Origin: Squalus acanthias
Lineage: Eukaryota
Length of the DNA: 64,000 nt
NCBI GenBank assembly: GCA_030390025.1
Contig: CM059438.1
Coordinates: 52,640,001-52,704,000, forward strand
Reading direction: 5' to 3'
Shown here: positions 49,123-59,664 of the stretch, piece after piece
Position numbering within the stretch: the stretch's first letter is position 1
Layout: each line of letters opens with the position of its first letter
Translations under genes and position numbers: made by a program
The notes under the pieces: model-generated
Told to the model about the DNA's origin: nothing
The model's database searches: none
What the model saw: the letters and a program-made list of their open reading frames with translations, nothing else

Positions 49123-50942
49123 CTACTTTTTGCCCTTCGAGGGTGATCTCCTTCCCTTGCGCACTTCCCCCCTTCTAACCCTACTGCTCCTCCGTAATGG
49201 GACCTCAGTGGCTGCAGCAAGGCTGGTGGAAGGCTGCTGATTGTCAGACCCTGACACTGCAGATGCCCCTGAAGGACGGCCTCGACCAGTTCTGGGCCTG
49301 GAGGGCCCGGCTGCAGACTGCACCAACTCTGCATGGGCGGCAGCAGTCTGTCCTACAGGCGGTGGCAAGTGCAGTGGAGAAGTGACAGTGTTGGCAGCAG
49401 GAATGCTGTCATCGTGAGAGAGGACAGCAACTCCCTGCTCGCCCGACACACTGGCACTCCCACGGGGCAGCACTTCAGCATCCGGAGCAATCTGCTGGAG
49501 CACAGATTGCTGGCCTGCTGCGGCGCGGTGAGAGCCCCGGGGACATGTGAACGAAACATCGAGGTTGGCAGCAGTCAGTGCTCGCGTGGCCTCAATCTGA
49601 GTCTGCATGAGAGCAGTCAGAGATGGGATCACGGCAGTCAGTGACTGAATTGCAGCACTAAGCGTTAGTGTGGCATCCGCCTGTGCTACAGCGAAGTGCT
49701 CCACACCCCTTGCCAGTGACTCAATGCATTCGGGCACCCTTCCCACTGCACCCATGAGCTCAGTGTGCATGCCCACCGCCTGGGTGTTCATTTCTGCGAT
49801 CAGCCGCTCCTCCTCTGCGTCCATTGCAGTAGGAGTCGCTGGCATACTCTCCCTCTGGGGAGAAGGCCCCCGTTCTTCCCTACCCCCATTGCGTTGCTGC
49901 AGCCCGCTGGGTCCTGGAGCTTCACCCTCATCAGACCCTTCCCCCCTGCTCCCCTCCAGGGAAGGCGTGTTCCCAGTGTGGGCATGGGCTTCCTCAGGAG
50001 AGGGTGGCACTGATGCTCCGGCTTCCTCTTCCTCCTCGGCTGCAGCTTCACTCCCACTGGCAGCTTCAGGGCCCATCTCCTCAGCTGGTGAATCACCATC
50101 TGAAAGCAGGGAGGTACAAGAGTGGCTTTAGCGTGAGGACAGGGTGGCAGTAAGGGAGGAATAAGTGCAGCGAGTTAGCAAGTTGGATTGAAAGTGTCAA
50201 AGGCTGGTGTTGTGAGGGACAAGTGGAAGGACAGAGGACAAAAAGGTGATGACCTTACCATTGCTGTCCAGAACGGGGTCGGCGTCTCCAGTGGCGACGG
50301 GACCGATCACCCGGCTTGCCACAATCCTGTGGACGCGCTCATCAAGATTGCTGAGGGGTTGCAGCTGAGGCCGCCCTCCACCTGTCCGTTGCTGCTGTCT
50401 CCTATTATGCGCCAGCTTGGCCTGCAAGAAAAAGGACAGCATCTGAGTAAATATACAGCCATGGTCTTGCCTGATGTGCCTCCCATAGGTGAATAGCCCT
50501 TACTGTATACAGCCATGGTCTTGCCTGATGTGCCTCCCATAGGTGAATAGCCCTTACTGTATGCAAAGTGTGGAATGTGTGTGTGTGTTTCATGAAAGGG
50601 CCATAGGTGTTGGATGAGTGTTGTGCATTGGGGTTTTAAGACCCTCTGGCCATAGAGTGAGGTTGAGATGGAGGGATGGAGAGGTATTGAGAAAAAGCCA
50701 CTCACCCTGACGACCCGAGTGAGGTCGTTGAACTTTTTGCGGCATTGAACATGGGTCCTGGGCACCATGCTCCTGGAGGAGACGCTCTGAGCCACCTCCC
50801 TCCACACTCTTCTGTACTCGCGTGGCAAAGGCCTCCTGCCACTCTCAGGGAAGAGTATACATCTTCTGCGCTCCACCGCGCCAACCAGAGCATCCAAGGC
50901 CCGCTCGGTGAAGCGCTGAGCTCGTTCTCTCACCCTCTCCAT
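49123..50942 (-). CDS. Harbinger Myb/SANT-like DNA-binding protein, 458 aa; join complement(50706-50942, 50259-50421, 49123-50099)
   Basis: Exons of 237+163+977 = 1377 nt splice in frame at GT-AG sites with no internal stop; RFTERALDALV..WREVAQSV..RTHVQCRKKFNDL, then AKLAHNRRQQQRTGGG, acidic region, coiled coil, basic tail. Confidence 0.88.
50452..50559. repeat. Perfect 54-bp tandem duplication in Myb gene intron 1
   Basis: tatacagccatggtcttgcctgatgtgcctcccataggtgaatagcccttactg x2. Confidence 0.95.
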
Positions 50943-53900
50943 CCTTGGCAGCAAAATGGATTCACAGGTCTCTCCAGGCCGAGATTCAAGGCTGCAATGA
51001 GCAGGGTGTGGCTGGGGAGCAAGTTGGCCCCCCCCGCTTTAAGAACTGGCCGGCGCCAGTGTGTCTGTGTTCCCTCGCTAACTGGCAGCACCTGCGCTGC
51101 GCTCACGCGCTGAGGTAGCGCCTCACTGCTCGGCCTTTGTGCCTTAAGACAGGTGTGCAGCGCCTGATTTAGCGCTCCACTCACCTCCCGGGGCGGTAAA
51201 AGTGAAGTTTCCAGTCAATGGCGATAATTAGCGCCAGGCGCTAATATTTGCGTCCAGACGATATTTGCGCCCCAAACGGGGCGCGACCTAATTTTTCCCC
51301 CTATGTATTCCCCTCTCAAATAAAACAAAACCTATGGTTCCACCTGTCCCAGCATTACATGTACCACATAACAAAGATTCCTAGCTTTTTTCTTTTAAAT
51401 GAACTACAAATCCAGTTTAATAACAGGTTTGTGGAGCCTTCCTGATCTCCTTACAGATGGTTTTGGTGTTGAACCAATTTTCGAGCTGTTTTGTTGTGGT
51501 TCCAAACTCAAAGATGATCCTGTTTCTATCTCAGACATGTTTGAACCTGGTACTTCAGTTACTGAAGTCTGAACTGCATCAAACTCATATATGTGTTCAT
51601 GATCAAGTGGTTCACGATCATGTCTTGGTTCATCTCTAGCAGAGATCATTTGATCTAAATGAACACTTCGGATTTTGTCACCAATTTCAACCAAATATCT
51701 CTTGGTTCCACCAACCCCTACTATGGTTCCTACATCCCACTTGTGTGAACTTGACTTGCCAGGGGACTGAGAACATGATCACACCCATTTTGTTTGAAAC
51801 TGCGTTCTTTCTGATTGGTGTCATAATAACGTTTCTGACTCGACTGTTTTTGTTCAACTCTTGAGGCCAAATTCGGTTGAACAAGACTCAATCATGTTCT
51901 CAATCTCCTCTTCATCAAGAGTTCTGCTGGGGTATGTCCAGTTGTAGTGTGCGGAGTAGTTCTGTACTTCAGCAAGAAATTTGCCAAACATTGCTTCATG
52001 CTGAGTCCCGAACAACCCTGCAACACTTGCTTTTTGAGAGCTTCTTTCACTATTCTGACTGACATTTCGGCTGCTCCATTTGAAGTTGGATGATATGGTG
52101 GAACAAGAGTGTGTTGATACTGTTCCGTTTCATGAATTCTTGGAATAGAGCAGAATGGAACTGAGGGCCATTGTCAGAAACAAGCTCTTCAGATAAGCCA
52201 TGGCATGCAAAGATAGATCTCAATTCATCTATGGTACATTCAGTTGTAGTATTTGAACCCATGTGTTTCACTTCAATCCACTTTGAGTGACTATCTACAA
52301 GTACCAGGAAATAATAATTTGCTTTCTCACAGAAGTCTACATGTACTCTCTGAAACGGTCTACTTGGCCATGACCAGGGTTGTAGTGGAGTTTTGGGTGG
52401 TGTGTTTTTGCAATTTTGGCAAATGCTGCATTTGCTGACAAGTGATTCAAGATTACTGTCCATTCCAGGCCAGTAAACAAAGCTTCTTGCAATTGATTTC
52501 ATACTGACGATTCCTGGATGTTCAGTATGAAGTTCGGGACAGAATTCTATCTCTTAAAGAAGTAGGTACTACACTCTTGTTTCCCCACTTGATACAACCT
52601 TGCTCACAAGACAATTCAGTACAACATTTATGGAATGGTTTCAATTCTGTGTCCATACACTGATCAGTCCATCCATTCAAGGTGTTTTCATACACTCTTT
52701 TCAGTACTGAATCCTTTTGAGTCTCATCTGTAATCTCAGTTGCATTCATGGGAAAGTCTTTGTAAACAGCATCTAGCGTGAAAATCGTACTTTCTCTCCC
52801 AACACGAGTCCTCATGTGGCAACCTGAACCAAGTCATCTGCGATTGCATTTTGCTTTGAAGTGCAATATTCAATCGTATAGTCATATTGTGACAACAACA
52901 CTGCCCAACGTTGCATTCTTGATGCGGCCATTGCAGGGATGGCAGATTTGGGCCCCAATATTGCTAGGAGTGGTTATGTGATTGGTTATCGAGGTAAACT
53001 TTCTGCCGATCAGGAACTGTTTAAATTTGTTGATTCCAAACACTATGGCGACTGTTTCCTTTTCAATTTGTGTGTAGTTTCTTTCACTCTTTGTGAGGGT
53101 TTGTGATGCGAACGCAATTGGTTTCTCTTGGCTGTCATCCATTACGTGGCTTATGACAGCTCCCACACCATAGCTAGAAGCATCACACGCTAACTTAAGC
53201 TCACGCTCTGTGTCTTAGTGCACAAGTAGAGCATTGCTAGAGAGACTTCTTTTACAAGCATCGTAAGCTTCCTGTTGCGTTTTGTCCACTTCCACTGGAC
53301 ATCCTTCTTGAGGAGCTCATGCAATGGAGCTAACATAGTCGCTAACTCGGGTAAGAAACGTGCATAGTACTGGACCATTCCAAGGAAAGATCTTAACTCA
53401 GACATGTTCTGTGGCTTTGGAGCACTGATGACAGCATCAACCTTTTCCTTCACTGGTTGCAAGCCATTTGCATCAACTTTCAGACCAAGGTACACAACCT
53501 CGGGCTGCACAAAAGCATATTTGTTCCTTTTCAATTTGACATTGTGGGCATTCAACCTTTGAAGCATTATATCTAACACTTCTAGATTTTCTTCCTCGCT
53601 ACTTGTTGCGATCAGCACATCGTCTTGATTGCATAAGCAATTTGGAACTCCTTGCAAAATCTTATCCATCGTAGCCTGGAAGATTTTGGGGGAGGACTTT
53701 ACACCATACGGCTGCTTGGTGTATGAGTACAGTCCCTTGTGTGTGTTGATGGTGAGATATTGTTGACTCTCTTTGTCAACATTCAGCTGAGCGTAAGCGT
53801 GCGACAGGCCAAGCTTGGAGAAAACCTTTGACCCAGAGAGTGCTGTATACAAATCTTGCGATGTAGGTAACGGGTACTGCTCATCGTCAACTGCTTGATT

Positions 53901-55698
53901 GACAGTAACTTTGTAGTCACCGCACAAGCGTACAGTTTTGTCTGCTTTGGGCGCTACCACAATCGGGGTAGCCCATTCACTTTTGTCAGTTTTTACTAGC
54001 ACTCCGTTCTCTCTGAGCTTTGCTAGCTCTTCCTCCACCTGACTTTTCAACGCTTAGGAAACCGGCCTTACCTTACAATAGACAGACTTCACGTTGGATT
54101 TGATGCGGATATGCGTGTCATATCCAGTGATGCCCTGATAACTGTCTGTGAACATGCTTTCGTACTTGTTCAGCATTGTGTCGAGTTGCTTCTTTGAAGC
54201 ATCTACACTGAAGACATTTTTCCAGTCTAGTTTTCACTTTCTCAACCAGTCTTTGCCCCTGAGAGTTGGCCTGTTGTTGTAGCTCGCTCCAATAATAGGC
54301 AGCTTTACTGACTGGCCATTGTGTTGAACTGTACATTCCATTTGTCCACATGTCTCTAGGATTTCTCTGGAGTAGGTTTTTAACTCTACGGTACTCTTTG
54401 TAAGTGGTACTTGATTAAACTTACACTCATATGTGTCCTTACTCATGATAGAGCAGTCCGCCACCGTGTCGATACATATATTAATATGTTGCTCGTTGAT
54501 CAAAAGTGTTGTACGGACGTCTTTCTCACGACTGCTAGCATTGCCGCTAGTGGATACTGTAGATGCCTAGTTCTTCAACATCAGGTGTGTTCACTTCAAT
54601 ATTTTTTTATTTTTCTATGTTTCTAATATTGTGAATTCCTCCCTTTTGTAGTCGCTGCTTTGCATTGCCACTAGAATGGTTCTTCCTGCTTTAGATCTAA
54701 CTCTGCCAGCTGTTGAAATATGGCCTTGCTTCTGGCAGTGAAAACACTTCTCATTTCTGTATTGGCAGGACTATGCTGAGTGATTTCTACTGCAGCGATA
54801 ACAATTCACTAAACTGTTCTCACCGACATGCTTTTGACTCGGTCTCACAGCTTTAGGTTTAGCGGTGGCTTTGTGACTGTAGACTTCAGCTGCACTAGTC
54901 ACTTGAGTTGGACGGAGCTCCCTAGCATTCTTAGACGCCATCTCCATAGATAGGGCAATTTTGCTGTGTCAAACGTTAGGTTCGGAGTGTTCAGTAACTT
55001 GGATTGTGTGCGCTCATCCGCCAATCCACACACAAACTTATCTCACAACGCACGATCCAAAAATGTGCCGAAGTTACAATGCAAAGTCAGGTTCTTAAGA
55101 GCTACAATGTACTCACTGATGGTTTCACTTTGTTTTTGGTTTCTGGTACCAAGCTTATAGCTCTCTGCTATTTCTAAGGGCTTTGGGTCGAAATGGTCCT
55201 TGAGTTTCTTGACAATGTCTTCAAATGACGCATCCTTCGCTTTCCCTGGCACGAGTAGGTTTGTCAACGTTCCGTAGACATCTGGCCCGATCTCTGTTAA
55301 AAAAAAAAAATTGTTTTTTTCCGTTCACGAATTACTTTATTTTGAGCTTGAACATTCTCATCTGCACCTTCGGTCTCAATAATGTTATTGGCCCTAAAAA
55401 AACATTTCCATCCGCTCAATGTAAGAACTGAATGCCGAGGCTTCTGATGAATCCCTTGGGCGCGGCCATGATAGTCCCAATCCCATTAATCAGTGATTCA
55501 GCACGCTACCTGTGTACCTGTGCAAATCAACACCGCTTTTGCTGTGTATACATAAAGGCGAAGCACAGATGATTCTGCACAAGCATTAACAGTAAAACAT
55601 CGCAAAAATTCAGTTTAGGTGTCACAAATTCACCTTAAACTTGTCCACTCGAAGGTTGAACCCTGTGTCCTTCCATGATCCCTAAAAATGGCTTTGGG

Positions 55699-55716
55699 AT
55701 CCCATCCTTGTCGCCA
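55699..55716 (-). promoter_or_regulatory. Primer-binding site, tRNA-Ser(GCU)-type
   Basis: Minus strand TGGCGACAAGGATGGGAT is 17/18 complementary to the recalled vertebrate tRNA-Ser-GCT 3' end ATCCCATCCTCGTCGCCA. Confidence 0.8.
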
Positions 55717-55719
55717 AAA

Positions 55720-55844
55720 TGTAATATATGTGGGTAGAACAAATGAAGGACAGAGACACGATGAGTTGCTAGTCCATGTGCTTAATTTATTCAGCCAGAG
55801 CGAACTGAGCATGCTCATACCAAACCACGTGATAATACATTATA
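55720..55844 (-). repeat. Gypsy 5' LTR (125 bp)
   Basis: Direct repeat of 46988-47112; AATAAA on -; followed on - by a 3-nt spacer and the PBS. Confidence 0.9.
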
Positions 55845-56854
55845 GTCGAGAATACTATCTTGACAGACCTTGCTGGTTTCAGTCATAGTTACCACATGGG
55901 GATGTCTGACATTCCAGTACAAAAACTACTGTTTCAACACAAGTATTGTGCATTGGGTTTCTGCAATTGTGTTATTACATTTTTTTGGATGCACTGGTAC
56001 CTCTCTCTCAATTAGGCACAAGAGTCAACCCAGTTATGGTTAAAAAGAGCAGCTTTTATTCACCACATACGTGGCTTTATCGAGGCCAAGTCAACACTTG
56101 GATAAGCAGACTGTTTCATCAGGCAAGAGAATTTGTTTTATAGTAATCACCAAAAAACCAAAACTTAAAAGATTAAACTAACTTCCATCTTTTCTTTTTC
56201 GCCAAATATCTCTGTAACAGTATTTAGTATTACCAAAGACGTCTGCTTATGTAACATGTCTTTTTAGTCCAGAATGTCCCCTTACTTGAATAATGGTAGA
56301 GTCCTTCCAAGATTTCCCTCCTTTAAGTTAACCCTTTCTTTGATGTTCTTACTTTTGTGTACTCTCTGATACACACAAATACATCTGAATTAAAAATCAA
56401 CCACACTTAACCACTCAAAGTCCATTAAAAATAAATAAACAATGACAACAGTTCAAGTGTAAAATTTGACTTGTCATACTTGCTACTCAGTTTAGATTGT
56501 CAAATTCATATTAAGGTGGATCTGATATGGGCCAACACAGCTGCAAACTCCCCTTACAAGTATGAAAGCTGACTGCTGCAGTCATGGCTTTCACATTGGT
56601 ATAATAATAGCAGCCGACCTGTATAAACAAGTAGCTGCTCTGAGACTGCAGGGTGTCACTTGATGTCTTCTGGATTTAAAAGAGATGAGATCTGCAGCGA
56701 TGGAAATGTAGACTTTGCATTGATTCCCTGAATGAGTCTATCCTCTGGCTACCTAGAGAGTAAGATTTCTGATAGTAGTCCTTTCAGCTTTTACTAGATC
56801 AAACTATTATTATAATTTTAAACAGTCACTTTAATATCTACCATTGTTTTACAG

Positions 56855-57006
56855 ATGGCTCTAAATGCCGAGATAGAGAACTTGGGAAAAAACTTTGGGC
56901 GTCCAGACAGCTCAAAGACTTTTAACCAGTCCGTAGACTTTGATAATGTGAAAAACAACAGCAACAACAAACCAAACAGCAGTGTAACAAATGAGGAATT
57001 CCAAAT
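56855..57006 (+). CDS. PKD2L1: Polycystin-2-like channel exon (152 nt, linker)
   Basis: Acceptor ttttacag, donor gtatgt. Reads MALNAEIENLGKNFGRPDSSKTFNQSVDFDNVKNNSNNKPNSSVTNEEFQ + AT; compare recalled PKD2L1 VALNTEIEKLG...EEF. Confidence 0.9.
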
Positions 57007-57191
57007 GTATGTATCGTGGGGTGAGGATGGTTAGGTGTTAAAATAAAGATAAATGAGGCATAGGGACCTAACAGACATAGTTTTACTAAAATCATTATGC
57101 AATGCTGGTGAAGTATTTTCTTAGAAAGCAAGTTTCTTGTTCACATCAACATTTTATGGACTGGTGCTATTACAACGTAATCTTATTCCAG

Positions 57192-57339
57192 GTTGGGGCG
57201 CCGTGTTGTTCAGCTGGAACATTCAATTAGCAACATTGTGTCCAAGATTGATGCAATCACTGTTAAACTTGAGATAATGGGAAAAAACAAAGTGAATCGC
57301 AATGACATGATGGGAAAGCTGCTCGACAGTGTTCAAGAG
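57192..57339 (+). CDS. PKD2L1: Polycystin-2-like channel exon (148 nt, C-terminal coiled coil)
   Basis: Acceptor ttattccag, donor gtaaaa. Reads (M)LGRRVVQLEHSISNIVSKIDAITVKLEIMGKNKVNRNDMMGKLLDSVQE. Confidence 0.92.
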
Positions 57340-57607
57340 GTAAAACTGACATTATCATTTCACCCTCCTTCGCAGAATGTTCTTGTGTAAACTTAGAAAC
57401 AAGACTGCAATCCGGGGTCACTTTAAATTATTGATTTGGCCTTAAACTCAAAACCTAGCCGTGCTAAAGAAAAGAGTTAAGGTTTGCAAAATGATACAAA
57501 GTTTATTGCTGAAATCCTCTTTCACGGAACACATCTAAGTACTGTTATGCAAAGCTAAAAGAGAACCACGAGTGAAAGAAGGGTTGCCAGTATTAACTGC
57601 TGGTTCC

Positions 57608-58060
57608 ATACGAACATACAAACAATGACGGACAGGCAAAGACCCCCTGGTCCATCGAGCCTGTCCCATAAAATTGCGATACCTTGTGTATCACAATATA
57701 TACACTCTTGACCCCACCCGAAACCATGTGATCTCCTGGGAAAGACGAAAAACAAAATAAAAAACCCAGGCCAATTTGGGGGAAAAAATCTGGGAAATTC
57801 CTCTCCGACCTATCTGGGCGATCGAAACTAGTTCAGGAGATCACTCTGGCCCTGAATTGCCTGCAGTACCTACCTTCTGTAAGAGGTGATCTCTGCCCAA
57901 GCCAGAAACAGGTCCAGGTCTCGCTTGAAGGAATTCAGCGAGTGAGCATCCACCGCACGAGATGGCAGCCTGTTCCAGAGGTCCACTATTCTCTGGGAAA
58001 AGAACCACCATCTGACATCTAACCTAGATCTGGCCTTTTTCAACTTAAATCCGATTGTCC
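57608..58060 (-). mobile_element. CR1-like LINE 3' end
   Basis: FKLKKARSRLDVRWWFFSQRIVDLWNRLP..SFKRDLD; tail catacgaacatac. Confidence 0.75.
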
Positions 58061-58324
58061 CCTGCTGCTTAATGTGCATGCATGTAATCATTCAAAATAC
58101 TGGAAGGTTGTGTGAGGTGACTATAATGTGTCATATATACCTTGCACACTTATTTTATCTAAGGGTAAATTCAGAGCTCCCAGAGGAGAGCGGTGTATGA
58201 AAGGACTATGGGTTGGAGAATCATGTTTATACTGCTATACCTGTATTTCCTATCTGCACACCTTTGAGCAAGGATCTTCACTGGGTACATGACAGCACTG
58301 AATTTACCCTACTGTTGAGCAGTC

Positions 58325-58560
58325 TACCTTGGTTGCTATGGTAGTGTGTCTAAGCTTCTCCTGATTTGGTACCAGCTCCTCTGGATGTTTCTCTGGGCAT
58401 TGACATTTCACATCACCTCCTGCCAAACACTTTGTAGTGCTCTCATGTAGACGGTGGTATCCTGAGGTGCCAAGGAAGGCCAACCCTCTTCTGCCTCACT
58501 TGCTATAATAACACTTCCACAGAAGCATCTGAGAATTTGGAGGCACATGGTGCAATCTCA
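58325..58560 (-). pseudogene. Decayed Harbinger Myb exon 1
   Basis: Manual translation ASKFSDASVEVLL*QV..VWQEVM*NVNAQRNIQRSWYQIRR followed by aag|gtag. Confidence 0.5.
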
Positions 58561-59174
58561 TATCTCTCCCGGTCCACAAGCAGCGAGCTCCCAAACGGCT
58601 GTTGATATCAGAATACTAAAATTAGACTGAGGCTAGAGGTTGCCCTCAAACAACGTGCCAAAGCCCATCATTCCTGGTCCACACCAGGGCCAGAAAATCA
58701 ATATTACATTAAGCACCTCAGCCAATCTGGTTCATAGATGTTTCTATTATGGATTTAGTTTCTACTAAAAATATTTGTTACCGTGTAAGCATATACATAA
58801 CAGCAGCTATAAACTGGGCTCCAAATTACTAGAAGAATAGTCTTAAAAGACAGCACTGAGAAGGTTTGATGAAAGGATTTAACTGTTCTGTGTTATTTGA
58901 GCAGCTCAAAGACATATTTGTGCCGAAGGAAAAAAACAGTTTCAGCCCAAAACATGTGAAAGCAGTTGGGCAGCTTTAGGGCATAGGAAGCAGTGTGCAA
59001 ATAGCCAATGGTAGGAGTCAGGAGGGACTAAAGAGATACCTACGGTGCTAGCTCCAGAATGCAGGAGTAACATACCCTTGTGCGAAAGTAGTTGACTCAG
59101 AAATTCCATTTGCCTCCCCATTGTTACTTTGCTTCCAGCAGCTCTACAGCTGGCCAAGTCTGTCACTGAAAGAT

Positions 59175-59520
59175 AAGGAGTAGATGTGGAGAGAATGTTT
59201 CCACTTTTGGGAGAATCCAGAACTAGGGGTAATAAATACAAGATAGTTACTAATAAATCCAATAGGGAAATAAGGAGAAATTTCTTTACTCAGAGTGGTT
59301 AGAATGTGGAACTCACTACTGCAGGAAGTGGTGGAGGCAAATAGCTTGGATGCTTTCAAAAGGAAACTAGACGAGTACATGAGAGAAAAGGGAATAGAAA
59401 TATATGCTGAAAGGCTGAGATGAGGCAGATGGAATGGGAGGAGACTCGTGTGGAGTATAAACACCAGAACAGACTAGTTGGGCTAAATGGCCTGCTTCTG
59501 TGCTGTATATTCTATGTAAT
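59175..59520 (+). mobile_element. CR1 3' end
   Basis: atgtttccact..gaatccagaactagggg..agagtggttagaatgtggaactc; tail ttctatgtaatt. Confidence 0.8.
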
Positions 59521-59664
59521 TAGTCGACTTTACACACAAGCAAGTAGAGTTAGAGTTGAAAGTGTGGTTTACTGTCCTCAAGTTGTTTAAGGGGCCAATT
59601 CTCGACATGCATGTGACTGTTGGGAGTCTTGTCCACTAGTCATGCACACAGGGAATGTACAAGC

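Larger units (their letters stand above)
47136..51301. mobile_element. Intact PIF/Harbinger DNA transposon (4166 bp)
   Basis: TAT|gggggaaaaatt ... aatttttccccc|TAT: perfect 12-bp TIRs and 3-bp TSD; two convergent open genes. Confidence 0.96.
46988..55844 (-). mobile_element. Full-length decayed Ty3/Gypsy LTR retrotransposon (probably Mag-like), 4.7 kb net of the nested Harbinger
   Basis: 125-bp LTRs, 5-bp TSD GTCGA (46983-46987, 55845-55849), PBS and PPT. Order on -: gag with two CCHC knuckles (~54720-54810), protease DTVAD, RT (WATPIV, RLCGDYK, QDD), RNase H (KPIAFASQTL), integrase (YWPGMD, C..C, RVHVDF, VSDNGPQF). Confidence 0.93.

Noticed and set aside
58164..58292. Alternative terminal exon after tattttatctaag
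   Set aside because: The open frame has no TRPP similarity and begins at a gggtaaatt MITE-like terminus; 62661 fits better.
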